64,000 nucleotides of DNA from assembly GCA_963794585.1 (NCBI GenBank), contig CAWCEO010000005.1, positions 156,225 through 220,224 on the forward strand, in the 5' to 3' direction. Each line of letters begins with the position of its first letter. Within the stretch, counting starts at the first letter, position 1. Below, in pieces: positions 41,044-50,841 of this stretch. Made by a program: the position numbers and the translations under genes. The DNA comes from an uncultured Conexibacteraceae bacterium (lineage in GTDB: Bacteria; Actinomycetota; Thermoleophilia; Solirubrobacterales; Solirubrobacteraceae). The notes beneath the pieces are model-generated. The model had not been told where the DNA came from and did no database searches. It saw only the letters and a list, made by a program, of their open reading frames with translations.

Positions 41044-41639
41044 CGATCCGGACGCGGAGCGAGGGCGGCGCGCAGCCGCTCCTCGTACTCCGCGCGCGAA
41101 ACCTCGACCGCGCCCAACCGCAGCGTGTGCGGCGTTGCGGTCTGGATGTCGCACAGCTCTGCGCCGCCGCCGGCCAGCGCGTCGAGCGTCCGCGACACCA
41201 GGACGTTGCCCGCATGCGGGACGCGGTGCCACATCGACTCCAGCATCGCCGCGCGCCCGAGCGTCACCGCGATCAGGCCTGCTGCGAGCTCGTCGCCGAC
41301 CCAGATCTCGAACGTGTGGGCGTGGCCGTCGGCATGGAGTAGGCGGTAGAGGTGCCGCATCCGCTCCGTCAGCCAGACCCCGTCGTCGGGCCCACGGGGC
41401 TGGGCACAGTGCTCGATGACGGTGTCAAAAGCCGTTGAGATCCGCAGCTGCCAGTCGTCACGCGCCTTGAGCGAGCGCCGCACCCGGCGGCGCAGCGCGG
41501 CGCGCGAGGCCTCGTCGAGCTCGAAGATCGTGCGCGGATCGGCGATCCACCACGGCAGCTCGGGCGGTCGCGACGGACCCGACTCGTCCATGGGAAAGAG
41601 GCCCTGGGCATAGAGACCGAGGATGGTGGCCTGCTCCAC
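41040..41639 (-). CDS. aat: Leucyl/phenylalanyl-tRNA--protein transferase-like
   Basis: YAQGLFPM, WW..DPR, AFDTVIEHCA, GHAHTFEIW, ESMWH, TPHTLRLGA. Confidence 0.82.
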   Translation of the reverse strand: MEQATILGLYAQGLFPMDESGPSRPPELPWWIADPRTIFELDEASRAALRRRVRRSLKARDDWQLRISTAFDTVIEHCAQPRGPDDGVWLTERMRHLYRLLHADGHAHTFEIWVGDELAAGLIAVTLGRAAMLESMWHRVPHAGNVLVSRTLDALAGGGAELCDIQTATPHTLRLGAVEVSRAEYEERLRAALAPRPDR

Positions 41640-41656
41640 CCGTCACACTGTGCCCG

Positions 41657-42823
41657 ATGTTCGGCGGCGGTGGATCGATGCAGCTCGCGCGGGTGTTCGG
41701 CATCCGCATCGGAGCCAGCCCTGGGTGGTTCATCTTCCTGTTCTTGATGATCTGGTGGCTGTCGGACCTGTTTGCCACCGCGCTGCCCGACGCGTCCAAC
41801 ACCACCACCTACGTGACAGCGGTCGCCGGCGCGCTGCTGTTCTTCTTATCGCTCGCCCTGCACGAGCTTGGCCACGCGGTTGTCGCGCGCCGCAACGGCG
41901 TCGAGGTGCTCGGCATCGACCTGTGGGTCTTCGGTGGGCTGGCCAAGCTCTCGCGTGACTCGCAGTCGCCGGGTGAGGAGTTCCGGATCGCGGCCGCGGG
42001 GCCCGCGGTGACGCTGCTGCTCACGGTGCTGGCGGCGGTCGGCGTGGCGCTGCTCTCCCACGCTGACTGGAGCGTGAACCTCTTCGCCGACTCCGACGAC
42101 ACCACCCCCGTGCTGGCGCTGCTGAGCTGGCTCGCGCTGGTCAACGCCGGGTTGTTGGTGTTCAACCTCGTGCCGGGCTTCCCGCTTGACGGCGGCCGGA
42201 TCGCGCGGGCGATCGCCTGGAGGGTCACGGGCGACCGCCATCGCGCGACGCGCTTCGCCGGCCGCCTCGGCCAAGCCTTTGCCTACATCTTGATCGGCCT
42301 CGGCCTCTTCCTGCTCGCCTCGGGGGATGCGATCGACGGGATCTGGCTAGCGATCCTCGGCTGGTTCTTGAGCCAGGGGGCGCGCGGCGCGGTCGTCTCG
42401 TCGCAGTTCGCCGAGCGCATCGAGGGCGTCACCGCGGCCGACTTGATGGACGATGAGCCGGTCGCGGTCCCGCGCGAGACGACCGCGCTCGCGGCCCAGG
42501 ACGAGTTCTTCTTGCGCTATCACTTGCCGTGGTTTCCGGTCGTCGATGCAGCGGGGCTGCTGGTCGGCCTGCTGCGCCAGGAGCGCGTCGACGTCGCGGT
42601 CGCCGGCGGCCATCCGACGCTGACGGCCGACGAGCTGTTGGAGGGTGGCGAGGGCGACGAGGCAAGCGTCGCGCGCGACACGCCCTTGGAGACGCTGCTG
42701 AGCTCCGAGCCGCTGCGGCGCTTCGGGGCGCTGGCGGTCGTCGATGGCGAGGGCCGGTTGTGCGGGGTGTTGACGCTGGAGCGCGTGCGCCGCGCGCTGG
42801 CGGCGAGCGTCGGCTCGGTCTGA
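41657..42823 (+). CDS. Site-2 protease (M50) with CBS domains
   Basis: HELGH, AAAGP, FNLVPGFPLDGGR, C-terminal CBS pair. Confidence 0.92.
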   Translation: MFGGGGSMQLARVFGIRIGASPGWFIFLFLMIWWLSDLFATALPDASNTTTYVTAVAGALLFFLSLALHELGHAVVARRNGVEVLGIDLWVFGGLAKLSRDSQSPGEEFRIAAAGPAVTLLLTVLAAVGVALLSHADWSVNLFADSDDTTPVLALLSWLALVNAGLLVFNLVPGFPLDGGRIARAIAWRVTGDRHRATRFAGRLGQAFAYILIGLGLFLLASGDAIDGIWLAILGWFLSQGARGAVVSSQFAERIEGVTAADLMDDEPVAVPRETTALAAQDEFFLRYHLPWFPVVDAAGLLVGLLRQERVDVAVAGGHPTLTADELLEGGEGDEASVARDTPLETLLSSEPLRRFGALAVVDGEGRLCGVLTLERVRRALAASVGSV

Positions 42824-42936
42824 GCGGCCGGGGAGCGCCGCCGAGCGCGCCGGCCAGACCCTCGACGTAGGCGGGCCTAAACCAGCCCGACCTATAGAGT
42901 CCCAGCCCCCGAACTTCGAGACGAAGAGCCGTATAC

Positions 42937-44634
42937 ATGCCTGCACATGACGTCCTCATCCTCGGCGCCGGCCTCGCCGGACAACGGGCCGCGCTGGCCG
43001 CCGCGGACGCTGGAGCGTCGGTCGCGATCATGAGCAAGGTCCACCCGGTCCGCTCCCATTCGGTCGCTGCCGCCGGCGGCATCAACGCCGCCATCAACCC
43101 CGCCGACGACTGGCGCTCGCACGCCTACGACACCGTCAAGGGCTCCGACTTCATCGGCGACCAGGACGCGATCGAGGTGATGTGCCGCGAGGCGCCGCAC
43201 GAGGTCATGCACCTCGAGCACATCGGCGTGACGTTCCATCGCAACGAGACCGGCCACATGGACCTCCGGGCGTTCGGCGGCGCCTCGATGAAGCGCACCG
43301 CCTACGTCGCCGACATCACCGGCCAGGCGATCCTGCACGTCCTTTACGAGCAGCTCATGAAGTACCACGAGCGCGTCGACCGCTACGAGGAGTGGTTCAC
43401 CACCTCGCTGCTGCAGGACGAGTCCGGCGCCGTCTCGGGCTGCATCGCCCGCGACATCCGCACGGGGCGCCTGGAGATCTTCACCGCCAAGAACGTCATC
43501 TTGGCCACCGGCGGCGCCGGCCAGTGCTTCAAGCCGACGACCAACGGCCTGATCTGTACGGGCGACGGCATCGCCCAGGCCTACCGCCTCGGCGCGCCGT
43601 TGATGGACATGGAGATGGTCCAGTACCACCCGACCTGCCTGGTCGAGAACGGCTTTCTCATCACCGAGGGTGCCCGCGGCGAGGGCGCGCACCTGCTCAA
43701 CGCCAATGGCGAGCGCTTCATGGAGAAGTACGCGCCCAACAAGCTGGAGCTGGCCTCGCGCGACGTCGTCTCCCGCGCCGAGCAGACCGAGATCAACGAG
43801 GGCCGCGGCGTCGGCCCCGGCGGCGTCGGCATCTACCTCGACATCACCGTCGTCCCCAAGAAGCGCACGCTCGAGGCGCTGCGCGAGATCGTCAACATCG
43901 GCAAGGACTTCGCCGGCGTCGACATCACCCGCGAGCCGATCCTGATCCGCCCCGGCCAGCACTACATCATGGGCGGCGTCAAGACCGACATCGACGGCGC
44001 GACCCCGATCGAGGGCCTCTATGCCGCCGGCGAGGTCGCCTGCGTCTCGGTCCACGGCGGCAACCGCCTCGGCGCCAACAGCCTGCTCGACACGCTGATC
44101 TTCGGCCGCCGCGCCGGCGAGCATGCCGCCCAGCGCGCCGCCGGGATGGCGATGCCCAAGGCCGCCGGTCAGGCGCGCCTCGACGACGAGCAGACCATGT
44201 TCGACACGATCATCGACCGGCCCAAGACCGGCCGCCGGATCTCGGAGATCAAGGACGAGCTCGGCACCGAGATGAACCGCAACGTCGCGGTCTTCCGTGA
44301 GCAGGCCGGCCTGGAGCATGCGCTCGAGGTCGTGCGCCGGCTCAAGGAGGAGGCCAAGACCGCCTACGTCGACGACAAGGGCACCGTCTTCAACCAAGAC
44401 GTCCTCGGGGCGATCGAGCTGGGGTACATGCTCGACTGCGCCGAGTGCACGGTCGTCGGCGCGATCGAGCGCAAGGAGTCGCGCGGTGCACAGTTCCGCA
44501 CCGACTACCCCGAGCGCAACGACGAGGAGTGGCAGAAGCACATCACCCTCTCGCGCAACGGCAGCGATGAGCCCAGCGTGGCCTACTCGCCAGTGACCAT
44601 CACCCAGTGGCAGCCCGAGGAGCGCAAGTACTAG
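42937..44634 (+). CDS. sdhA: Succinate dehydrogenase/fumarate reductase flavoprotein
   Basis: GAGLAG, RSHSVAAAGG (covalent FAD His), QYHPT, TEGARGEG, HYIMGG, HGGNRLGANSL, ESRGA. Confidence 0.95.
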   Translation: MPAHDVLILGAGLAGQRAALAAADAGASVAIMSKVHPVRSHSVAAAGGINAAINPADDWRSHAYDTVKGSDFIGDQDAIEVMCREAPHEVMHLEHIGVTFHRNETGHMDLRAFGGASMKRTAYVADITGQAILHVLYEQLMKYHERVDRYEEWFTTSLLQDESGAVSGCIARDIRTGRLEIFTAKNVILATGGAGQCFKPTTNGLICTGDGIAQAYRLGAPLMDMEMVQYHPTCLVENGFLITEGARGEGAHLLNANGERFMEKYAPNKLELASRDVVSRAEQTEINEGRGVGPGGVGIYLDITVVPKKRTLEALREIVNIGKDFAGVDITREPILIRPGQHYIMGGVKTDIDGATPIEGLYAAGEVACVSVHGGNRLGANSLLDTLIFGRRAGEHAAQRAAGMAMPKAAGQARLDDEQTMFDTIIDRPKTGRRISEIKDELGTEMNRNVAVFREQAGLEHALEVVRRLKEEAKTAYVDDKGTVFNQDVLGAIELGYMLDCAECTVVGAIERKESRGAQFRTDYPERNDEEWQKHITLSRNGSDEPSVAYSPVTITQWQPEERKY

Positions 44635-44636
44635 TC

Positions 44637-45803
44637 ATGGCAGCCGAACCCCTCACCCCGCAAGAGACCGACCCCGACCCGCCCGCCGCCAACCCGGCGC
44701 ACGCCGACAACTCCGAGAGCTTCACGCTCCGCATCCGTCGCTTTGACCCGGAGTCCGGCGAGGCCCCGTACTGGGTCGAGCACACCATCGAACTGGAGCC
44801 GCACCGCTCCGTGCTCGAGGGGATTCTTCAGGCCAAGGGCCGTTTTGACGGCTCGATCGGCATCCGCTGCTCGTGCAAGGCCGCGATCTGCGGCTCGTGC
44901 GGCGTGCGCGTTAATGGCGAGCCGGGCCTGGCGTGCCACACGCACCTCGACAAGGCCAAGCGCACCTCCAAGGACGGCGTCATCGAGATCGAGCCGATGG
45001 GCAACATGCCCGTCATCAAGGACTTGATCGTGGACATGGACGCCGTGCACTGGAAGAAGATCCAGCGCGTCACGCCGTGGCTGATCAACAAGGAGCCGAT
45101 CCCCGAGCGCGAGTACCTCGTCGACCGCGAGTCGATGGTCGACGTCACCCAGACGATGGCCTGCATCCAGTGCGGCGCCTGCGTCTCGGACTGCCTGGCG
45201 ATGGAGGTCGACCCACTCTTCATCGGCCCGGCGGCGCTGGCCAAGTCCTATCGCTTCGTCGGCGACCCGCGCGACGCCGAGCAGTACGGGCGGCTCAAGG
45301 ACCTCGCCGAGGATCCGCACGGCATCTACGACTGCACCCACTGCTTCAAGTGCATCGAGGCCTGCCCCAAGGGCGTCGCCCCGATGAACCAGATCATGCG
45401 CCTACGCCGGCGCGCGGGCAACGACCACCACATCGTCGACCGCAACAACGGCGAGCGCCACGAGTCGGTGTTCATCAAGCTGATCAAGGACTATGGCTTG
45501 CTCTGGGAGGCCGAGCTGCTGCCGCGCTCCTACGGCGGCAACTCGTGGTTTGGCAAGTTCCACCCGGCCGCCGGCCAGGAGCTGCTCAGCTCGCTGCCGG
45601 CGATCACCAAGGCGATCCTGCGTCGCAAGGTGACGCCGATGGGCGCGCTCAAGCCCCACAAGATCCCCGCCGCCGACCTCAAGCAGGTCCAGGAGATCTA
45701 TGAGGAGATCGAGGGCCGCGAGGAGCGCATCGAGTTCAACCTGTACATCTCCGGGACCGACGAGGACAACGCGGAGAACCCGACGGCAGAGGACAAGTCC
45801 TGA
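44637..45803 (+). CDS. sdhB: Succinate dehydrogenase/fumarate reductase Fe-S subunit with C-terminal extension
   Basis: [14 protein letters not shown]; [11 protein letters not shown]; [12 protein letters not shown]. Confidence 0.93.
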   Translation: MAAEPLTPQETDPDPPAANPAHADNSESFTLRIRRFDPESGEAPYWVEHTIELEPHRSVLEGILQAKGRFDGSIGIRCSCKAAICGSCGVRVNGEPGLACHTHLDKAKRTSKDGVIEIEPMGNMPVIKDLIVDMDAVHWKKIQRVTPWLINKEPIPEREYLVDRESMVDVTQTMACIQCGACVSDCLAMEVDPLFIGPAALAKSYRFVGDPRDAEQYGRLKDLAEDPHGIYDCTHCFKCIEACPKGVAPMNQIMRLRRRAGNDHHIVDRNNGERHESVFIKLIKDYGLLWEAELLPRSYGGNSWFGKFHPAAGQELLSSLPAITKAILRRKVTPMGALKPHKIPAADLKQVQEIYEEIEGREERIEFNLYISGTDEDNAENPTAEDKS

Positions 45804-46729
45804 TGAAGGTTGCGTACTGGCCCGGCTGCGTCAGCCGCGGCTTCACCCCGGAGCTGCACGGCTCGATGGCCAAGATCGCGCCGATGCTCGATATCGAGCT
45901 GGTTGAGCTCGATCGCGCGTGCTGCACCGGTGCCGGCGTCATCGCCGAGCACAACACCGAGCTCGCCGACACGCTCAACGCGCGCACGTTCGCCCTGGCC
46001 CAGCAGGTCGAGGGCGCCGAGTTGATGATGAACATCTGCTCGACCTGCCAGGGCGCCCAGGGCGAGTGCCAGGAGCGCCTGGATGCCTCGGAGGAGTACC
46101 GCGGCCACGTCAACCAGACGCTGGCCAAGTACAACCTGGAGTACCGCGCCGGGTTGGCCAACAAGAACTTCCTCTGGGTCTTGGTGGAGGAGTTCGGCCT
46201 CGACAACCTGCGCGAGCGCGTTCGCCGCCCGCTCACCAACCTCAAGGTCGGCCCCTTCTACGGCTGCTACATCGTCCGGCCGACCGACCGCCTGGGCATC
46301 AACGAGGACAACCCGCGCGACACCTACCTCGGGCTGGTCATCGAGGCGCTCGGCGGTACGGTCATCGACTACGCCGGCTCGCACAAGTGCTGTGGCTTCC
46401 CGATCATCACCATGAACAAGACGGCGTCGCTGGCCCAGGCCGGTCGCCATCTCGGCGACGCGGCGGATGCCGACGCCGACTGCCTGGTGACGCCGTGCCC
46501 GCTGTGTCACCTCAACCTGGATCTCCAGCAGCCGTTGGCCGAGCGCCAGGTGGGCCGCGAGCTCAACATGCCGGTCCTGCATCTCCCCCAGCTCGTCGGG
46601 CTGGCCCTAGGCCTGGAGCCCAAGGAGCTCGGCCTCGACAAGCACGTCGTCAAGCCCACCGCGGTGATCGACTGGACGACCTCGGTCGTCGCAGGCGTCG
46701 GCGCGGGCGCGGGCAGCGGCGGCTGGTGA
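45803..46729 (+). CDS. CCG-domain protein (HdrB-like / type-E SQR subunit)
   Basis: [47 protein letters not shown]. Confidence 0.9.
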   Translation: MKVAYWPGCVSRGFTPELHGSMAKIAPMLDIELVELDRACCTGAGVIAEHNTELADTLNARTFALAQQVEGAELMMNICSTCQGAQGECQERLDASEEYRGHVNQTLAKYNLEYRAGLANKNFLWVLVEEFGLDNLRERVRRPLTNLKVGPFYGCYIVRPTDRLGINEDNPRDTYLGLVIEALGGTVIDYAGSHKCCGFPIITMNKTASLAQAGRHLGDAADADADCLVTPCPLCHLNLDLQQPLAERQVGRELNMPVLHLPQLVGLALGLEPKELGLDKHVVKPTAVIDWTTSVVAGVGAGAGSGGW

Positions 46730-46935
46730 AGCTCTCGAGGCTCTTGCGTGGCGCGCCGTCGGCGCCCGAGGTCTCATCCCCTCGGCGCCGGCGGCGTACT
46801 GCGCGCCCCGACGGGCCGAAGACGATCATCCCGATCGTCGACGACGGTCCGAGCACCCCGCTCGCGCGCGACCTCGACGCCGCCCGCGAGCGGTTGCGCC
46901 GCGCGATCCCGCCGGTCGACGACGACCTGGAGTAG
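46726..46935 (+). CDS. Small hypothetical protein coupled to the sdh operon
   Basis: GTGA overlap with CCG gene stop; 69 aa ending [20 protein letters not shown]. Confidence 0.5.
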   Translation: MKLSRLLRGAPSAPEVSSPRRRRRTARPDGPKTIIPIVDDGPSTPLARDLDAARERLRRAIPPVDDDLE

Positions 46936-47021
46936 GGGCCACCCGCACCTCCGGTAGCGAGTGGGCTCCCCAGTGGCTCAGGGGGTGTCCCCGATGTCCA
47001 CGGGACGGCACGGCCCGCATC

Positions 47022-47114
47022 ATGGAGGCCATGCTCCGCACCCTCCCCCTCGCGTTCCTGCACGTCGGCGTCCTGCTCGCCCCAGGCCTGTTTGCCGTCG
47101 TCAACCATCTCTGA
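47022..47114 (+). CDS. Possible 30-aa hydrophobic small protein
   Basis: MEAMLRTLPLAFLHVGVLLAPGLFAVVNHL*; mostly GC3-rich codons. Confidence 0.3.
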   Translation: MEAMLRTLPLAFLHVGVLLAPGLFAVVNHL

Positions 47115-47143
47115 GCGCTCACCGGGGCTAGGATCGGTCGCGC

Positions 47144-47944
47144 ATGGACGCGCTCAGCCGCCACAACGTCACCGTCCACGGCCGGCCCGACGGCCCGCCA
47201 ATGGTCTTCGCCCACGGCTTCGGCTGTGACCAGAACATGTGGCGCTTTGTCTGGCCGGCGTTTGCCGACGAGTATCGCGTGGTCCTGTTTGACCACGTCG
47301 GCCACGGGCAATCGGACCACTCGGCCTTTGATCCCGACCGCTACCGGTCGCTCGATGGTTACGCCGAGGACGTCCTGGCGATCCTGCGCGCGCTAGAGGT
47401 GCAAGGCGCGATCTTCGTCGGCCACTCGGTCAGCGCGATGATCGGCGCGCTGGCCGCCGTCGCCGAGCCTGAGCGGTTCTCGCGGCTGGTCATGGTCGGC
47501 CCGTCGCCACGCTACATCGACGACGACGGCTACAAGGGCGGCTTCTCGCGCGAGGACATCGACGGGCTACTCGAGTCGCTGGCCAGCAACTACCTCGGCT
47601 GGTCGGGCGCGATGGCTCCCGTGATCATGGGCAACGGTGACCGGCCCGAGCTCGGCGACGAGCTGACCGACGCGTTCTGTGCCACCGACCCCGAGATCGC
47701 GGCGCACTTCGCGCGCGTGACGTTCCTGTCAGACAACCGCGCGGATCTCGCGCGCGTGCCGGTGCCGGCGCTGGTCTTGCAATGCTCAGACGACGTCATC
47801 GCCCCAGTCGGCGTCGGCGCCTACGTCCACGAGCATCTGCCCGACAGCACGCTCGTCCAGCTCGCAGCGACCGGGCACTGCCCCAACCTCAGCGCGCCCG
47901 ACGAGACCACCGCCGCGATCCAGGCGTTCCTCGCCAGCTCGTGA
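47144..47944 (+). CDS. rsbQ: RsbQ-like alpha/beta hydrolase
   Basis: FAHGFGCDQNMWR, VGHSVSAMIG, PSPRYIDD, TGHCPNLSAP. Confidence 0.9.
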   Translation: MDALSRHNVTVHGRPDGPPMVFAHGFGCDQNMWRFVWPAFADEYRVVLFDHVGHGQSDHSAFDPDRYRSLDGYAEDVLAILRALEVQGAIFVGHSVSAMIGALAAVAEPERFSRLVMVGPSPRYIDDDGYKGGFSREDIDGLLESLASNYLGWSGAMAPVIMGNGDRPELGDELTDAFCATDPEIAAHFARVTFLSDNRADLARVPVPALVLQCSDDVIAPVGVGAYVHEHLPDSTLVQLAATGHCPNLSAPDETTAAIQAFLASS

Positions 47945-49080
47945 CGCCGCCCGACGAGCTGATCCGCGACAGTCCCGAAGAGCTCTTCGAGAACGCGCCC
48001 TGCGGCTATCTGACGACCGCGCTGGACGGCACGATCATCCAGGTCAACCGCACGCTGCAGACGCTGACCGGCTACGAGCGCGACGCGCTGGTCGGCCGCC
48101 GCTTCCCGGAGCTGTTGACCGTGGGCGGCCGGATCTACTACGAGACGCATTACGCGCCGCTGCTGCGCATGCAGGGCTGGGTCCGGGAGATCGCCGTCGA
48201 TCTCGTCAGCGCCGATGGAACCAAGCTGCCGACGCTGGTCAACTCAGTGCTGCAGCGCGACGAGGACGGCGAGCCGCTGTCGATCCGTACCGTCGTCTTC
48301 GAGGCCACCGACCGCCGCCGCTACGAGCAGGAGCTGCTGGCAGCACGCGATCGCGAGCATGCCGTCGCTGCCGAGCTCCAGCGCGGCCTGCTCTCCGGCG
48401 GGCTGCCGGATGATCCCGCGCTCGACCTCGCCGTCAGCTATCGGCCCGCTGTGACCGGGCTGGACGTGGGTGGTGATTGGTACGACGCGTTCTGGCTCGG
48501 CGAGCGACGAATCGGCGTGGTAGTCGGCGATGTCGTCGGCCGTGGGATCGAGGCGGCGGCAACGATGGGCCAACTGCGCAGCGCGGTCCGTGCGCTGGCC
48601 TCCACCGGCCTTACGCCTGGCCCGCTGCTCGACGCGCTCGACGGCTATGCGCGCCGCCACGAGGTTGGCCAGATGACGACGCTCGCCTATGCCGAGCTTG
48701 ACCTCGACAGCGGCATGCTGGTGCTGGCGTGCGCAGGCCACCCGCCGCCGGCGATGACGGTGCCGGCCGGGTCGGCGAGCTTCCTCTGGGACGGGCGCTC
48801 GACGCCACTGGACGCCGCCGCGCAACCGGGCGTCCGGCCCGAGTCGGCCGTGACGCTGGCCGCTGGCGCGACCGTGGTGCTGTTCACCGACGGTCTCTTC
48901 GAGCGGGTCGACCGGCCGCTGCAAGAGGGTCTGGATCTCGTGCTGGCCGAGCTCGACGAGCATCGCCACGAACCGGCGGCCGCGCTGGCCGAGGCGGTAA
49001 CCGACGCCGCGCTCGCCGGCAGGCAGACGAGCGATGATGTTTGTCTGCTGGCGCTGCGCTGGATGGGGCCGCCGGGCTGA
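47941..49080 (+). CDS. PAS + PP2C/SpoIIE phosphatase (RsbP-like)
   Basis: LFENAPCGY, GGRIYYETH (RsbP-type PAS); VGGDWYD, GDVVGRG, AGHPPP, FTDGL, DDVCLL; GTGA overlap. Confidence 0.9.
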   Translation: MTPPDELIRDSPEELFENAPCGYLTTALDGTIIQVNRTLQTLTGYERDALVGRRFPELLTVGGRIYYETHYAPLLRMQGWVREIAVDLVSADGTKLPTLVNSVLQRDEDGEPLSIRTVVFEATDRRRYEQELLAARDREHAVAAELQRGLLSGGLPDDPALDLAVSYRPAVTGLDVGGDWYDAFWLGERRIGVVVGDVVGRGIEAAATMGQLRSAVRALASTGLTPGPLLDALDGYARRHEVGQMTTLAYAELDLDSGMLVLACAGHPPPAMTVPAGSASFLWDGRSTPLDAAAQPGVRPESAVTLAAGATVVLFTDGLFERVDRPLQEGLDLVLAELDEHRHEPAAALAEAVTDAALAGRQTSDDVCLLALRWMGPPG

Positions 49081-49344
49081 GATGTTGGTGGTAGGCCGCG
49101 GGGGGCCGTGCAAGCTTTGTCGGCGCGCAGTGCGGGGCGTTGGCCGGTGGTGCGCACCGGGACTTGTTTGGCACCGAGGGCGAGAGGCGCTGGGGCGGTG
49201 CTCGGCGGAGTTGGTGTGGCTGGGCCGTCATGGCGGCGCGGGTGGGAGATTCGTGGCCGGATCGCGAGCGCGCCGGGGTCCGTGTCGTCTGGTGTCCCAT
49301 ATACGGACACTCGCCGCCCCGGACCTCGGACCTTCGTGATCAAA

Positions 49345-49379
49345 CGCGCGGAACCCGCGATATGCGCGGGTTCCGCGCG
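49345..49379. repeat. Perfect 15-bp inverted repeat
   Basis: cgcgcggaacccgcg-atatg-cgcgggttccgcgcg. Confidence 0.8.
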
Positions 49380-49399
49380 ATCGGCGCCGCGCGCCAGGG

Positions 49400-49585
49400 G
49401 TGGGCCTGTCGAGCGCGAGCACACCGCGTCAGACAGGCCCACGTCCTCTCCTCTCGACGCCGCAGGCAGGGTGGGCCTGTTCGGCGACGTATACCGGGCG
49501 CAAACGGGCCCACCTCTCCGAGGACGCCGTCCACGACTCTGGGTGGGCCCGTTGGGGGACGTATACCGGCCGCAGATAGGCCCAC
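49400..49585. repeat. Three 43-bp palindromic elements (GTGGGCC...GGCCCAC), period 71-72 bp
   Basis: Copies at 49400-49442, 49471-49513 and 49543-49585. Confidence 0.85.
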
Positions 49586-49754
49586 CCTCCCGTGCGCTGG
49601 CGGACGACCAGCCCACGCCGCGAAGCATCCGATCCGCTCGCTCTCCTCGCTGCCAAACAGACGACGCCGCGAACCACGACCGACGCCGCGAACTGAGCGC
49701 CACCGACGCAGCGCGCCGCCGGGTCGCCACGACGCAACGCGCCGCCGCGAACCC

Positions 49755-50804
49755 CTACGCCGCCGCGCGGGTTCCGAGCAACCCGCGCTCGTGCAACAGC
49801 TCAGCGATCTGCACGGTGTTCAACGCGGCGCCCTTCAGCAGGTTGTCGCCAACGATAAACAAGTTCAACGCATACGGGTCGCTCAGATCCAACCGCACGC
49901 GGCCGACGGCCACTGGGTCCTTGCCCGCCCACTCCAGCGGCGTCGGGACATCGTCGAGCTCCACGCCCGCGTGCGCACCCATGACCTCCAGCGCGCGGGC
50001 GACCGACGGCTCGCGCTCGAACTGCGCGCGCACCTCGACGGCATGGCCGACCATCACGGGGACGCGCACGCACGTCGGCGAGACCGCGAGCTCGGCGATC
50101 TCCAGGATCTTGCGCGACTCGTTCTGGAGCTTCATCTCCTCGTCGGTGTAGCCGTTGCCGGTGTCGCTGCCCAACAGCGGCACGACGTTGAAGGCCAGCG
50201 GCTTGCCGAAGACGGGCGTCTCGCCCACCTTGGCGGCGGCGCTCGCGCCGTCGGTCTGCAAGGCGTAGGGGTCGGCGAGCAGGCCTGGGACCTGGGCGAT
50301 CAGCTCGTCCATGCCCTTCTGCCCGGCGCCACCGGCCGCCTGGAAGCTTGTCGCGACGATGCCCGTGAGGCCGAACTCGACATGCAGCGCGCGCAGCGGC
50401 GGCATGATCGCCATCGTCGTGCAGTTTGGGTTGGCGACGATGCCCTTGTTGATGTTGTTGAGTGCGTCGGGGTTGACCTCGGAGACGACCAGCGGGACGT
50501 CGGGGTCCATGCGGAAGGCCGACGAGTTATCGACCACGATCGCGCCGCAGGCCGCGAAGCGCGGCGCCCACTCGCGCGAGATCGAGCCACCGGCGCTGAA
50601 GATCGCGACGTCGAAGCCGTCGAGGCGCTCGTCGTCGGCCAGGCCCTGGACGACGAGACCGTCACCGAGCACCTTGCCCGCCGAGCGCTCGGAGGCAAAC
50701 GGCACGATCTCGGCCGCCGGATAGGCGCGGTCGCGCAGCAGGCGGCGCATCTCGGTGCCCACGGCACCCGTGGCGCCGACGACGGCAACGCGGTATCGAC
50801 TCAT
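49755..50804 (-). CDS. asd: Aspartate-semialdehyde dehydrogenase
   Basis: VVGATGAVG, DNSSAFRM, ANPNCTT, CVRVPV..GH, DNLLKGAALN. Confidence 0.97.
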   Translation of the reverse strand: MSRYRVAVVGATGAVGTEMRRLLRDRAYPAAEIVPFASERSAGKVLGDGLVVQGLADDERLDGFDVAIFSAGGSISREWAPRFAACGAIVVDNSSAFRMDPDVPLVVSEVNPDALNNINKGIVANPNCTTMAIMPPLRALHVEFGLTGIVATSFQAAGGAGQKGMDELIAQVPGLLADPYALQTDGASAAAKVGETPVFGKPLAFNVVPLLGSDTGNGYTDEEMKLQNESRKILEIAELAVSPTCVRVPVMVGHAVEVRAQFEREPSVARALEVMGAHAGVELDDVPTPLEWAGKDPVAVGRVRLDLSDPYALNLFIVGDNLLKGAALNTVQIAELLHERGLLGTRAAA

Positions 50805-50841
50805 GAGGCGAACCTCATGACAACTTCGTTGTGGTAGCTGT

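Noticed and set aside
45803-46729. Methanogen-type heterodisulfide reductase
   Set aside because: No hdrA or hdrC genes; the sdhAB context explains the CCG protein
49400-49585. CRISPR array (72-bp period) or TIGR-type guide array (36-bp period)
   Set aside because: Only 3 units, interiors diverge, arms are inverted rather than direct repeats, copies occur inside dnaX, and no cas or Nop-domain gene is recognised in the window
48687-50151. Protein-coding genes in the rsbP-asd gap
   Set aside because: The ORFs lack protein-like composition and run across the repeats; treated as non-coding
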